DNA of 62,829 nucleotides, counting the filler, from Basidiobolus ranarum (lineage: Eukaryota): assembly GCA_040143965.1 (NCBI GenBank). It is 19 parts of 19 records of this genome, joined end to end, with 100 filler letters (N's around TTAATTAATTAA, not from the genome) between each part and the next. Parts side by side here need not be neighbours in the genome. Positions count along the whole stretch, not along the records: positions 1 to 3,222 come from JASJQH010009513.1; positions 3,323 to 6,544 come from JASJQH010009514.1; positions 6,645 to 9,865 come from JASJQH010009515.1; positions 9,966 to 13,185 come from JASJQH010009516.1; 15 more parts are not named here. One strand, 5' to 3'. A model generated the notes under the pieces. That model ran no database searches. It worked only from the letters and a program-made list of their open reading frames with translations, and was not told the origin of the DNA. How positions within the stretch are numbered: position 1 is the stretch's first letter; every line of letters begins with the position of its first letter. The position numbers and the translations under genes were made by a program. Shown here piece after piece: positions 1-10,157 of this stretch.

Positions 1-1306
1 CAGTCGCAAAAAGATATAAAATATTGATGTAATAATACACACACAAATAGACTTCAATGCTTCTCTCAACTTTATATATTGACTACCAGGTGTTCGTCAT
101 AATCCCGTCAGACAGAGGATCCGGTGACGTTGATCGTTTTCATAATCCATTGTGGATTACGATTCTTAGTCCTCGTAATTGGAAACAGGAGATAGGTTAT
201 GGAAATTGAACCATCGATGATGATCGTGATCTCCCTGGTGACTGTAGATGATAATGAATTATCAAAAGGAGAGAGCCAACTCAATATTACACAGTGCAAT
301 CAAAGCAGCGTGCTCCTTAATTTATGAAGGGAACTTGAATTATCTTTGAAATTCCAATTTCTGCTCTCAGATGGAGGAAGTTAATTAGGACGTGTGGTAC
401 TTGAATTGATGGGGTTGCTCCTGCTTTATGTAGAGCACAGCAAGTGACTCCATAATAAGCAGCTGCCCTCTATTCACTCAACCTAGTCAATTGGCAGTCA
501 TTCTATTCAAGTCAGAAGGTGCTGTCACCGTGTGAGTACCAAGCAGCAGATTGTATCATCATCTAACCATCATTGCCCAGGACAGGATGTGGAGAGTGTA
601 TTCTCATCCTCAAGCAATGGTGTGTCACATGTACCGCGTAATTAGAAAGCGCCATGGACTCGGTCAACACTAGCTTGCCGTTTTAATTAAAGCAAGTTAC
701 TGCCAGGTTTATGCACCGGAGAGTATTGCCAAGCTATACGTCGCGGCAAACTACTCGGATCTGATCTCATTCAGCTTAATCCACATACAACAAGCGCTGA
801 AACTACCCAATGGTGATGACTCGAATGGATGGATATTGTAAGTTTACTACTTCCATTTATAGCAAAAAGCGGTCAAGTAACCAACCATTCATTAAATTAA
901 CAACGTGACTGGTTCTTGAAAATCTTAAAGCCTGAAGAATGAGGTTGGGAGTAGGCACTTAAGAGGCCAATTGTTCACACAAAGTGGCCAACAACGAAAT
1001 CAGTGAAATATCTATTTAGCTATGATGATACAATAGAGAGGATAAGCATAAGAAGGCGGAAATCTATTGGTAGAAAGTTGGAGGCAAACAGCGATAAAAA
1101 TACTAAGATACAGGTCATGCGAAATTCCTCAACAGACCCCATTGATGGTAGTCCTTGGTAAGATCCACTATGAACAAAATGCATTCCCCGGAACATATCG
1201 ATAAGAGATAAATTCAAATCTGTTGCAAGTAAAATATACAATTTAAGTAACGAAAATTCAATTAAAGCTAGAGTACACTTGGCCATCTCCAGGCGGATAT
1301 GTCTTA

Positions 1307-2215
1307 TCAAATCCCCACAATCTTCTTCGATCTAGGGATCAAGTCTGGCGATGAGGGGGCTGTGGCATTCGAGTTGAATCGAAGATTGGGTAATAATGGA
1401 CTAACTATAGAGCGGCAAGAGATTAATCGACTCTCCAATATCTTAACCCTCTCCATAATTTCTTGAATTGTAGCAATAGGATTCCCCTCTTTTCTGCGAT
1501 GCTCTGAAAATTTATGAGCCGTTGGCAAGGGTGAAGGTGGTGTAGAAGATTGGGAATGTGAATGAAATTCAGTATGATTCGCGTTGTCGCACACATTCTT
1601 ACAGGGAGTAGGTGACGGTGGTGAATTGGAAGGAGTAGGGCTAAGTGCTGGTGATACCGGCGATTTTAAGCGAACTACAGAAAGTTCGTTCTCTAAGTCC
1701 CGAAGTTCGTCTTTAAGTCTTTGCATCTCTTCCTTCATCTGATTACATTTGGCAGTCTCTTGTTCGAACTTCATCTTCCACTCACGAGTCTCTTTGCATT
1801 TTTTCTCCATATCGGCCATTGAGCTGTGTGCCACCCGCTTGAAGCTTTCAAGCTCTTCGTTATCCATCTCCAAGTCAACAGCCTTGCGTTGAATTCTTGC
1901 ATATCCCTCTCGTAGCGTTTCCAGCTCTTTTTGAAGTGAAACTATGCTTTGATTAGAGTCGAGACTAGTAACTTTCTGTTTTTGCTGGAGTACGTCGAGT
2001 TCAAAAACGAGACCCTGATTTTGAATTTTTAACTTTTTATTTTGTACTTCAAGTGTGTGCAGCTCTCGTTCGAGCTCTTCCTCGAGCTCTATCGAAGATG
2101 CCTGGAACTCATCCAGTGCTAATCGCGTATCACTAAGTTCCTTCTCCAACGATATGGTCATATTTCTCCAATATGTAATTTCCTCTTTGGGATTCGGAAA
2201 GGACAACTCTGGCAT
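1307..2215 (-). CDS. nudE: Nuclear distribution protein NudE/NDE1 homologue (coiled-coil dynein regulator), intronless
   Basis: N-terminus EEITYWR...LDEFQASSIELEEELERE, a long coiled coil with LEMDNEELE, and a C-terminal RVKILESRLISCR matching the NUDE_C pattern. Confidence 0.85.
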   Translation of the reverse strand: MPELSFPNPKEEITYWRNMTISLEKELSDTRLALDEFQASSIELEEELERELHTLEVQNKKLKIQNQGLVFELDVLQQKQKVTSLDSNQSIVSLQKELETLREGYARIQRKAVDLEMDNEELESFKRVAHSSMADMEKKCKETREWKMKFEQETAKCNQMKEEMQRLKDELRDLENELSVVRLKSPVSPALSPTPSNSPPSPTPCKNVCDNANHTEFHSHSQSSTPPSPLPTAHKFSEHRRKEGNPIATIQEIMERVKILESRLISCRSIVSPLLPNLRFNSNATAPSSPDLIPRSKKIVGI

Positions 2216-3222
2216 GGTGATATACTAAAGAGTGGGTAACTTTGGAAAAGGTTGTCAGAGACGATAATCCGATTTAACCGTGAGCAAATAGAGGCTACGT
2301 TGTAGTAAACAAATGTAGTGTTTAATCAAGGTGGATTGGTAAAGAGAATTGAATAAAGAATCAACGTAATGCAACAAGAAGAAAGGTGAGTAGTTGCGAT
2401 AAGCAAGGGAGTGGGGAAGTGTTGAAGCTTATATACAGATTGACAGTGAGAAAATGCGCTGATAATATATATATATACATCTATATTTCAGTTAAATTCC
2501 ATAGTTTTAGATATGAATTTGAGATGCGGTCTCAGCAGAGAATCATGTCTACAAGATCGTAACTGATTCTCATGAATAGAATGACTATGTCCGATTGTTT
2601 TTTCTTGATGCATTCATTGACCATTAGAATAAATGCTTGCACCATTCTTTATTATCATAAAAGAAAATCCCACATAACAACGAAAGTAATTGTTTTGTGT
2701 GGAATGCTGTGAACTGGCTGATTTCCTTGCTCCAGATTATTGTAATACTACGCACCTATAGCCTATGAATAAACCTGGTGCCTGGATGCTTCAAACCAAA
2801 TGATGTTTCAGGAAGGTTCAATGAGCAAGGTGACTCGTTACGAACATAGGAGTTTGATGACACAAAACATCCCAGTCAAGAGAAGGATATCGTTTGTATT
2901 TCCAGTATAACCGAGTTTACGCTGCTTGTGATTAGGCCTGTTGACGGTACTGGGGCTGATGCTTGCGCAATACCGCTACTACTTGGGAATGTGGCATAGC
3001 CTTGATAGTCATTAGGATTAGAGTGCACGACTTTTGCTAGTTATTTCCGAATCCTATCCGGGGTAATGCTGGTTACGCCGTTCATCGTTTGGTTAGGACG
3101 TAACATCGTGGACCGGATGGTTGATTGTTTCTGTTGAAATCTGTATCCAATGTATCTAATGAGAAATCTGTTGAGGCTAAAGTCTGATTTCCAAATTACC
3201 GACGCAGTGTGACTCCTTGTAT

Positions 3223-3322
3223 NNNNNNNNNNNNNNNNNNNNNNNNNNNNNNNNNNNNNNNNNNNNTTAATTAATTAANNNNNNNNNNNNNNNNNNNNNN
3301 NNNNNNNNNNNNNNNNNNNNNN
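3223..3322. other. Artificial contig spacer (N44-TTAATTAATTAA-N44); 18 such spacers occur about every 3.3 kb
   Basis: The same 100-nt six-frame-stop linker recurs. Contig lengths fall steadily from 3222 to 3202 nt. Confidence 0.98.
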
Positions 3323-3468
3323 GTTTTCACTTATTGATTTATTGAGTAGAAAGTTGACATTTATAGTTTTGTCAAGATGTAAACAAACTAACGTGTAGAA
3401 TATGTTAAGGAAGGTCCCAGGAACATGTGTGCAGAGTTTGGGGCTTCTAGCACAAGTTTGAAAAATCA
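3323..3468 (-). mobile_element. Internal fragment of copia LTR family A
   Basis: Near-identical to the reverse complement of about 8967-9102 and to 10214-10357. Confidence 0.9.
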
Positions 3469-4170
3469 TTGGGAGAGACCAATTTATTCATGGCATGTTT
3501 AATATCTGTAGATGTGATCGCTAGACAGAAACATAAGTTTAGATCCTTCCTTCCTTCAAGGAGTATAAAGTCTATTAGTACCTGAGAATTTCGCACGATA
3601 TATATTTTTCTTTCTAGATCCATTGGCATTAGAGGCTCGAGAGAGGTTTTTCTTGGTTACTTCGATAACTTCGTAACAAATGTTTTCACCCTCACGGTCA
3701 CAATCTAACCAAAGAACCAGGTAATCTACTCCCTTAGATTCCACTTCCAGGTGTTTACAAATGTGAGACTATTAAAATGAAGATCTTAGCTCCAACCAAC
3801 TATAATTAGTACTTATATTGAGTTGATACCTTCGGATTAGCTTCTAACTTTATAGTGGGAGCGTCAAATAATTTCACCGGTTCAATACCATCCCAGTTAT
3901 TATATTCTCTGGGAAAGTCACAAGTGTAAATATGACCAGTTACAGAGGTGACTTTAAACCTAGCTGGTTTACCGAAAAAAACCCCTTGGTATTCCCAAAC
4001 TGGACAAGTTGCAGAAACAGAGCGTCTTGAGCTTAACTATAACAATAATAAACATGGGTTCAAATCCAGACAATACTTTGTTTACCTACCTGATCATTGG
4101 AAAGAATTTTAGCAATGGCTTGAGCCAGCGAAGGCTTCTCAGCCACCATGAGAACGGTTGGCATCCCCAT
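3468..4170 (-). CDS. TOP3B: DNA topoisomerase III beta, 5' part (TOPRIM domain, 4 exons), truncated at a junction with LTR sequence
   Basis: Spliced translation MGMPTVLMVAEKPSLAQAIAKILS...FKVTSVTGH...LVLWLDCDREGENICYEV...YRAKFSAITSTDI follows Top3-beta. Introns are GT-AG. Confidence 0.9.
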
Positions 4171-4614
4171 ATCTTTAGGAAACGATTTACTGTGGAGCAC
4201 CAACTTTCTCTAACGGTTATTTAATGCTCTGTAGCTATGGTCATCCATATAAAGATTTTATTGGATTTACCTGAGTTGATCGAAATTTCATCATCAATTA
4301 CGGATGTCGTGTTCTAGGCGTATGTACATGTTTGATAGATGACATTACAGCTTTGTGACATATTCTATCATGTGACCATGGTTATATGCAATAAAAGGCA
4401 ACGCTTGAACGCGCAAGTAATGTACGGTGCAATAATCAACCTTCATAGTGACAACAACAATACTCAATAAACTAAGGATAAAGATTATATTTTATAATCA
4501 CATACACTAAATAATATGACTTATTTTTCAACTGAATTTATGAAATTGAGGGAGAATCGAGAAATGAGAATTGAGAAGTGTATTGATATGCTAAAGATTT
4601 ACTAAGATTATCAG

Positions 4615-5225
4615 TTATTCCTTCTTTCCATAAGCTTCATGGAAAGCTTGGGGAAGGGGGTTGGGTGTTTGCTTATATTCAAGTACTTCACCGCGTTCTT
4701 CCATTCTACGTTCTGCTTCACGATAAGCCCAGTTTACAAAACTAAAATGTAGGAGAAAGGTCACATTTAGAATATGAAAAGAAAAAATTCGAGTTCACTA
4801 TTGATACTATGTATGAGAAAGCAAATATTTACCTAGAGTCAGGTTTGTAGTAGAGACCAACTGCGGCGAAAAGGAAACCACCGTACATACCAAAGTACCA
4901 AATGTCTTCCCAGTCTTCTTTAACTCTCTTTTGACCAGCAGCGAGTGGCTATGTAGGGTAAGTAAAAAAAAGAAAAAGTTCCGATTTTAGTTGGGGATTT
5001 TCGAAAAGATATTTGAAGTTTTCTGTGTTAACAACAATAGTTTTCTTGAAGCCAAACAAGGAAGATAATAAAGTGAATATTTCAACAAGTTAAAGTATAT
5101 ACCTTTTCGTTGAAAAGATAACCCCCGGGCTCATTATATTGCGGTCCGTGACCACCTCTGGTGAGACGGGCTCTAACGTTATTACGAAGTGGAGATCTCA
5201 GGAAACAACGAGAAATGGCTGACAT
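4615..5225 (-). CDS. NDUFB11: NADH:ubiquinone oxidoreductase ESSS subunit (NDUFB11-like), 3 exons
   Basis: Mitochondrial-type presequence, then YNEPGGYLFNEKP..GQKRVKEDWE, a TM helix, and YKPDSSFVNWAYREAERRME. Introns are GT-AG. Confidence 0.85.
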
Positions 5226-5500
5226 GATGAACTAGATACAAAAGAATACAAGAAGAGAACCTTTTAAAATACCAAGTATAGCACTGGTTTTACCCTCACT
5301 ACTCCTCGTACAGATTTCAATTTTATCAAGGATTTTTTGGTGGGGTTTGTGGGGCGCCAAAGAATTAACCAATATTTACAGGAAGATTCATATCACAATA
5401 CTACATTAATTGAATTGACCTATCGATCGATCGAATGAATTGAATAATCAATGATTGAATGTTTATTAATCTAATAAATGGTACCAATGGTTAATTTGGA

Positions 5501-6496
5501 TTAATCGGATCTGATGTAACTTCCAACTTTTGCATGGCTAGTCTCTTTTTCCAAGCTAGCTTTCAGTGAGTCGTTTACTTGCATACCGAGAGCCATCTCT
5601 TGCCATACCTCGGATATACCCTCTTCGATATATCCCAATTTGTCCCGGAATAAGGAAATGCTAGCTTCATTCTTCAAAGAGATTTTGGCTTGAAATTTGG
5701 TTACGCCTAACTCTTGGATGCCTGAGATACAAAAGATGTAAGTAACATGGGTGAGCAAAGGACCATCAAGTCTGATTCTGGATTACCATAGTTCATCATT
5801 AATTTCAAGGCTTCTGAGCCTAGACCCCGACGTCTATAGTCCGGTTCTACGATAAATAGGAAAAACTGAATAAATATCCCACCAGACCAAAGAAGCTTCC
5901 GAGACTCGCTTACCTGCTATCATGATCTCTATCTCAGCGAAAGTAGGGTCGTCAATATCATTTAAGAAGAAATTGATGTCTCCGATCATTTCTGAGTAAA
6001 CAATCGATAGGATATAATGGTTATTGTGATGCTATTGAAATAATAGAACAACATTGGTGCTCTTACTTCCTTCTTGAGCTATCTCTTCGGTTGATTTATC
6101 CTGGGAATTTGGTGGCAATGCGAGCAATATAAAAGTGCATTCTTTTCGTGGTGGAATTTTTTTTACGCGTAAATGTGTCGAAATGAAGAGAAATGTTGTT
6201 TAGAATCGTCGTTTAGACTATAGCTCTATCTACAATAAGATAGCTTGAAAAATATTTAGGCTCTTACTATCATCGTCCGTATGCCAGGTACGTTGCATCT
6301 CGTACTCTTCTTCCAAACTTAAAGGCTCCGAGGCAGTCATTTCTGTAAAAATTTCGTATATAAGTTAAAGAACTAAGAGGAAATACTCCTTCAAAGTAAG
6401 CTCTAGGATACCTTGTAAAAAGGGAGATTTCATCCATTCATGATAGCGCTCAACATGCTCTTGTTTGTAAGGAACTAATACCACAGTATTTCCAAC
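5501..6496 (-). CDS. NAT9: GNAT N-acetyltransferase 9 homologue, 5' end off-contig, 6 exons visible
   Basis: Spliced [56 protein letters not shown]...MIGDINFF...AEIEIMIAEPDYRRRGLGSEAL. Confidence 0.92.
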
Positions 6497-6644
6497 CTTG
6501 ACGAGATAGTATTTCAAAATAAAGAAAATTCATAGTTAGGTCTANNNNNNNNNNNNNNNNNNNNNNNNNNNNNNNNNNNNNNNNNNNNTTAATTAATTAA
6601 NNNNNNNNNNNNNNNNNNNNNNNNNNNNNNNNNNNNNNNNNNNN

Positions 6645-8291
6645 CATTATTTGACGGTCGAGTTTTTCAAGCGCTTCGGGTTTGGATTCCTGCTGTAGGC
6701 GAAGTTTAGAGCAAGCCTCATCAATCAAATCAATGGCTTTATCGGGGAGGAAACGATCGGTAATGTAACGATGAGACTGAATAGCGGCAGCGACGATAGC
6801 AGCGTCCGAGATACGGACACCATGGTGGACTTCATAGCGTTCTTTGAGACCACGCAGAATAGAAATGGTGTCTTGAACAGTAGGCTCATTCACCATGACT
6901 TGTTGGAAACGTCGGGCCAAAGCGGGGTCTTGCATAATGTATTTGCGGTATTCATCAATTGGAGTAGCGCCGCCACATCGGAGTTGGCCACGTGCAAGAG
7001 CGGGCTTGAGAAGGTTGCTAGCATCCATGGCACCTTCTGATTTACCAAGACCAAGGAGGGTGTGGATCTCATCGACAAAGAGAATAATTTTACCTTCTGA
7101 TTCGGAGACTTCTTTAAGAACACCTTTAAGACGATCTTCAAATTCACCGCTATGTATGTGTGTGAGAGAACGTATATATTGCACTAAACAATAAGGCGGA
7201 TAGGTTTACTTACCGATATTTAGCACCAGCCACAAGAGCCTGGCATAAGATAAAAAAGTATGTTTTAGTCAGATTACTATTCAAAAAAGGTTTGCATGTG
7301 TATTTTACTTACACCCAAGTCCAAAGCAATTACTCTTTTGCCCTGAATGGATTCTGGAACTTCATTTGCTACAATACGTTGAGCAAGTCCCTGTCAAAAC
7401 GTTAATTTTTTTCTCAGAAAAGCAAAACTTGCATGAATTTATTAACTTACTTCAGCAATAGCAGTTTTACCAACACTGTTCGTTTGAAAAAGCAAGGTTT
7501 GGTTATTGAACAAGCTGTTGAACGTTTGATATAGATCTTACCCTGCTTCACCGATCAATACTGGATTGTTCTTAGTACGACGAGCCAAACTGTTGATTGT
7601 GACGTAATGTGAGTGAAATATAACTTTACTTCGAATGTCAACAACTTACACTGAAATAAAGAGGTAGAAATATCAGTCATTCTTATTCTTTCATAACAGT
7701 TGCAATTAAATTAAGTTACCTTCAAGAGTTCTTCTGATCTCTTCATCGCGACCAATAACCGGGTCTATAGTCAAATGAGTTAATGACGTTCTTGTGTTTG
7801 TTGTAACCGCGACTTACCTAACTTTCCCTTCTCTGCCATGGCAGTAAGATCGATACCCTGCAAATGCATTTGAGTAAGTATTTTCTTGGCCTTTCATAAA
7901 TACATTTCGGGTAAACACTGTACTTACAAATTGCTCGAGCGGTTTTTGCTGCTCCTGTTCTTGGTTAGGATTCAATCTGAAGCCCTGACCACCTTGACCA
8001 GGCGTGCCGCCTAAACACGTATACATATGTGTGTCAATGGCAAGCTACGTAAGCATACACAATCGAACCTTAATTACCATTATAGAGCCTTTTCGATACA
8101 TAGTACAGATTTGCAAGCTTCCAGTTCTGCCGTTGATATTTCAGAGCAGTAGCCATCAACAAGCTCTTGCTAGCTGTGACAGGTTTGACATGAGCGAGCC
8201 CTGATGTTGTCGTTGTCCAATGATGACGCAATTGACTGGACAGTTGCTTTCTCGTGTTGACGTTCAAAGTCTTCTGTGATATTCTCAACAT
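6645..8291 (-). CDS. HSP78: Mitochondrial ClpB/Hsp78 disaggregase, 5' part; exons 8291-8078, 8010-7928, 7857-7818, 7764-7720, 7650, 7589-7542, 7475-7451, 7390-7313, 7239-7214, 7149-6645
   Basis: The presequence leads directly into NBD1 with no N-domain: [20 protein letters not shown], Walker A GEAGVGKT, Walker [23 protein letters not shown]. Confidence 0.93.
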
Positions 8292-8355
8292 GCTATTAAT
8301 AAAGAGAAGAAGCAAAAAAAAGCAGCTTATAAATGTCGCGAGGAGTAATCAGCGG

Positions 8356-8380
8356 TGACTCAACCGAGAACATTCGAGAT
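8356..8380. promoter_or_regulatory. Candidate heat-shock element (GAAcaTTCgaGAT) and adjacent TGACTCA site upstream of Hsp78
   Basis: nGAAnnTTCn with an imperfect third unit, about 80 bp upstream of the ATG of a heat-shock gene. Confidence 0.4.
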
Positions 8381-8819
8381 TTTGACTTTTTCAAACAGCA
8401 AATCAACAGTCACTTTGTCTTTATTTCTGCTTTTGGAAACAGTCGAAATCACCAGATCTCTTATTAAAAACCATATATATCTTGTTTAGCATAGTTAATA
8501 TTTCGTAAGCCAAAATCGTCACATATTTTGGATATATTTGACAAATATCAAAAATGCTCAGAAAAGATAGAAATTTTCAAACTTGTCGAAAACTCCCCAA
8601 ATCTTTACCCCAACTCTCTGAACACCGTAGAAACATATCTCTGCTGCTACTTCTTCTATATACAGCATAAGTATAATTTCTGGAATATCAATTTCATTAA
8701 ACAACGAGTCAAGACTCATATTTCTTCCAGTCATCCTGGGCACTTCCACTTCATCCCAAAAGCTTGCAACAAATCCCACCACAGGAAATCACATTCTAAA
8801 TTTGAAACAGTGATATAAG

Positions 8820-9158
8820 TGTTGAAATTATCATTGCCTAAACACCTATATAGTCATATATAGCTTAGTACTTGGTTATCTCATATTTCACTAAGATATT
8901 ATCCATTATTCTCAATCGGAATATACTTAGAATATTTTTACCCACTTAGAAGTTCTCAGATATATAGATTTTTCAAAGAAGCCCCAAACTTTGCACACAT
9001 GTTCCTGGGACCTTCCTTAAGACATTCTACATGTTAGTTTGTTTACATCTTGACAAAACTATAAATGTCAACTGAATACTCAATAAATTAATAAGTGAAA
9101 ACTACCAATTCCTCTAATTCTCCAAACCACTTCCAACAGGCTCCCAAATATTTTAATA
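8820..9158 (+). mobile_element. Solo LTR, copia family A (about 340 bp, starts TGTTGAAATT); other full or partial copies at about 9215-9534(-, old), 9634-9865(+), 10158-10504(-), 18577-18925(-), 37326-37447(+), 43436-43720(-), 50195-50441(+)
   Basis: Repeated sequence. It is flanked by a PPT at 10505-10513 and by a PBS at 18563-18576 and 37448-37460. Confidence 0.9.
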
Positions 9159-9965
9159 GTAACTAGCTTTTAGGACCATATTCAAGCTCAAACAAGTCAT
9201 TTTCTGCTGAATTATTGTGGGCATTAGTTTGAAGTGGTTTGCAGAACTAAAAGAATTGGCAATTCTGACTTACTGATATATTGAGAAAATATTGATGTTT
9301 GTAGTTTTGTGAAACAATCACATATCATGTGCTACAGATGGTCCCAGAAGCATGTTTGCAAAAGCTACAACTTCTAGGATAGCTTTGAATAATCTACATA
9401 TTGGAGAACATTTACTTTAGTAGAAATATTTTGACTTCCCATTAAAATAGTGGATAATATCTTAAGGAAAGTGGAGTAATGAAATACTAATCCATAGAGG
9501 ACTATGTACAACTCAGCCTACATTAGTTTCATCACCCACCCTCCACCAAAAAGTCAATACACTAACCCTAAGCAATTTCTAAGTATCTCAAATATTTGCC
9601 TACCCAATAGTTTGGTTAGTATATTGCTAACTGTGTTGAAATTAGCATTGCCTAAACACCTATAGTCATATATAGCTTAGTACTTAGTAATCTTATAATT
9701 CACTAAGATATTATCAATTATTTGCAAGCGGAATTTACTTAGAATATTTTTACTAACTTAGAAGTTCTCAACTATTTAGATTTTTCAAAATTGTGCTAGA
9801 AGCCCCAAACTTTGCACACATGTTCCTGGGACCTCCCTTAACACATTCTACACATTAGTCTGCTTNNNNNNNNNNNNNNNNNNNNNNNNNNNNNNNNNNN
9901 NNNNNNNNNTTAATTAATTAANNNNNNNNNNNNNNNNNNNNNNNNNNNNNNNNNNNNNNNNNNNN

Positions 9966-10143
9966 TAGCCAATCATTTGCAACTATTTTGCAAGATCTTG
10001 AAATTTCACTCCTGAAACTGAAAAAATTGATTAAAATCAAATCTAACTTGACAATTTTATGATGGTAAGTAAACAGTCAATCCCAAATGGATTAAAATTG
10101 TGATGGTTTTCCTACAATAACAATCCTCAAATTTCTGTTAGGG
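9966..10143 (-). mobile_element. Left terminus of the CMC/CACTA-type transposon (CCCTAACAGAAAT)
   Basis: Reverse complement of 35379-35560. Ends TTTCTGTTAGGG. Confidence 0.85.
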
Positions 10144-10157
10144 TTTTGGGTAAACTC

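Noticed and set aside
3267-3278. Regularly spaced TTAATTAATTAA as a biological repeat or CRISPR-like array
   Set aside because: It is always embedded in N runs, so it is an artificial linker.
6645-7149. Bacterial clpB or contamination
   Set aside because: Upstream spliceosomal introns and a mitochondrial presequence show it is nuclear Hsp78.
6771-7194. Plus-strand and alternative-frame ORFs over Hsp78
   Set aside because: They are shadow ORFs of a conserved exon.
8528-8818. 96-aa and 74-aa ORFs upstream of Hsp78
   Set aside because: They have no motifs, and the region weakly resembles an old LTR-A.
10138-10150. TTAGGG TTTTGGG as a telomere
   Set aside because: It is a single unit that forms the transposon terminus, with no tandem array.
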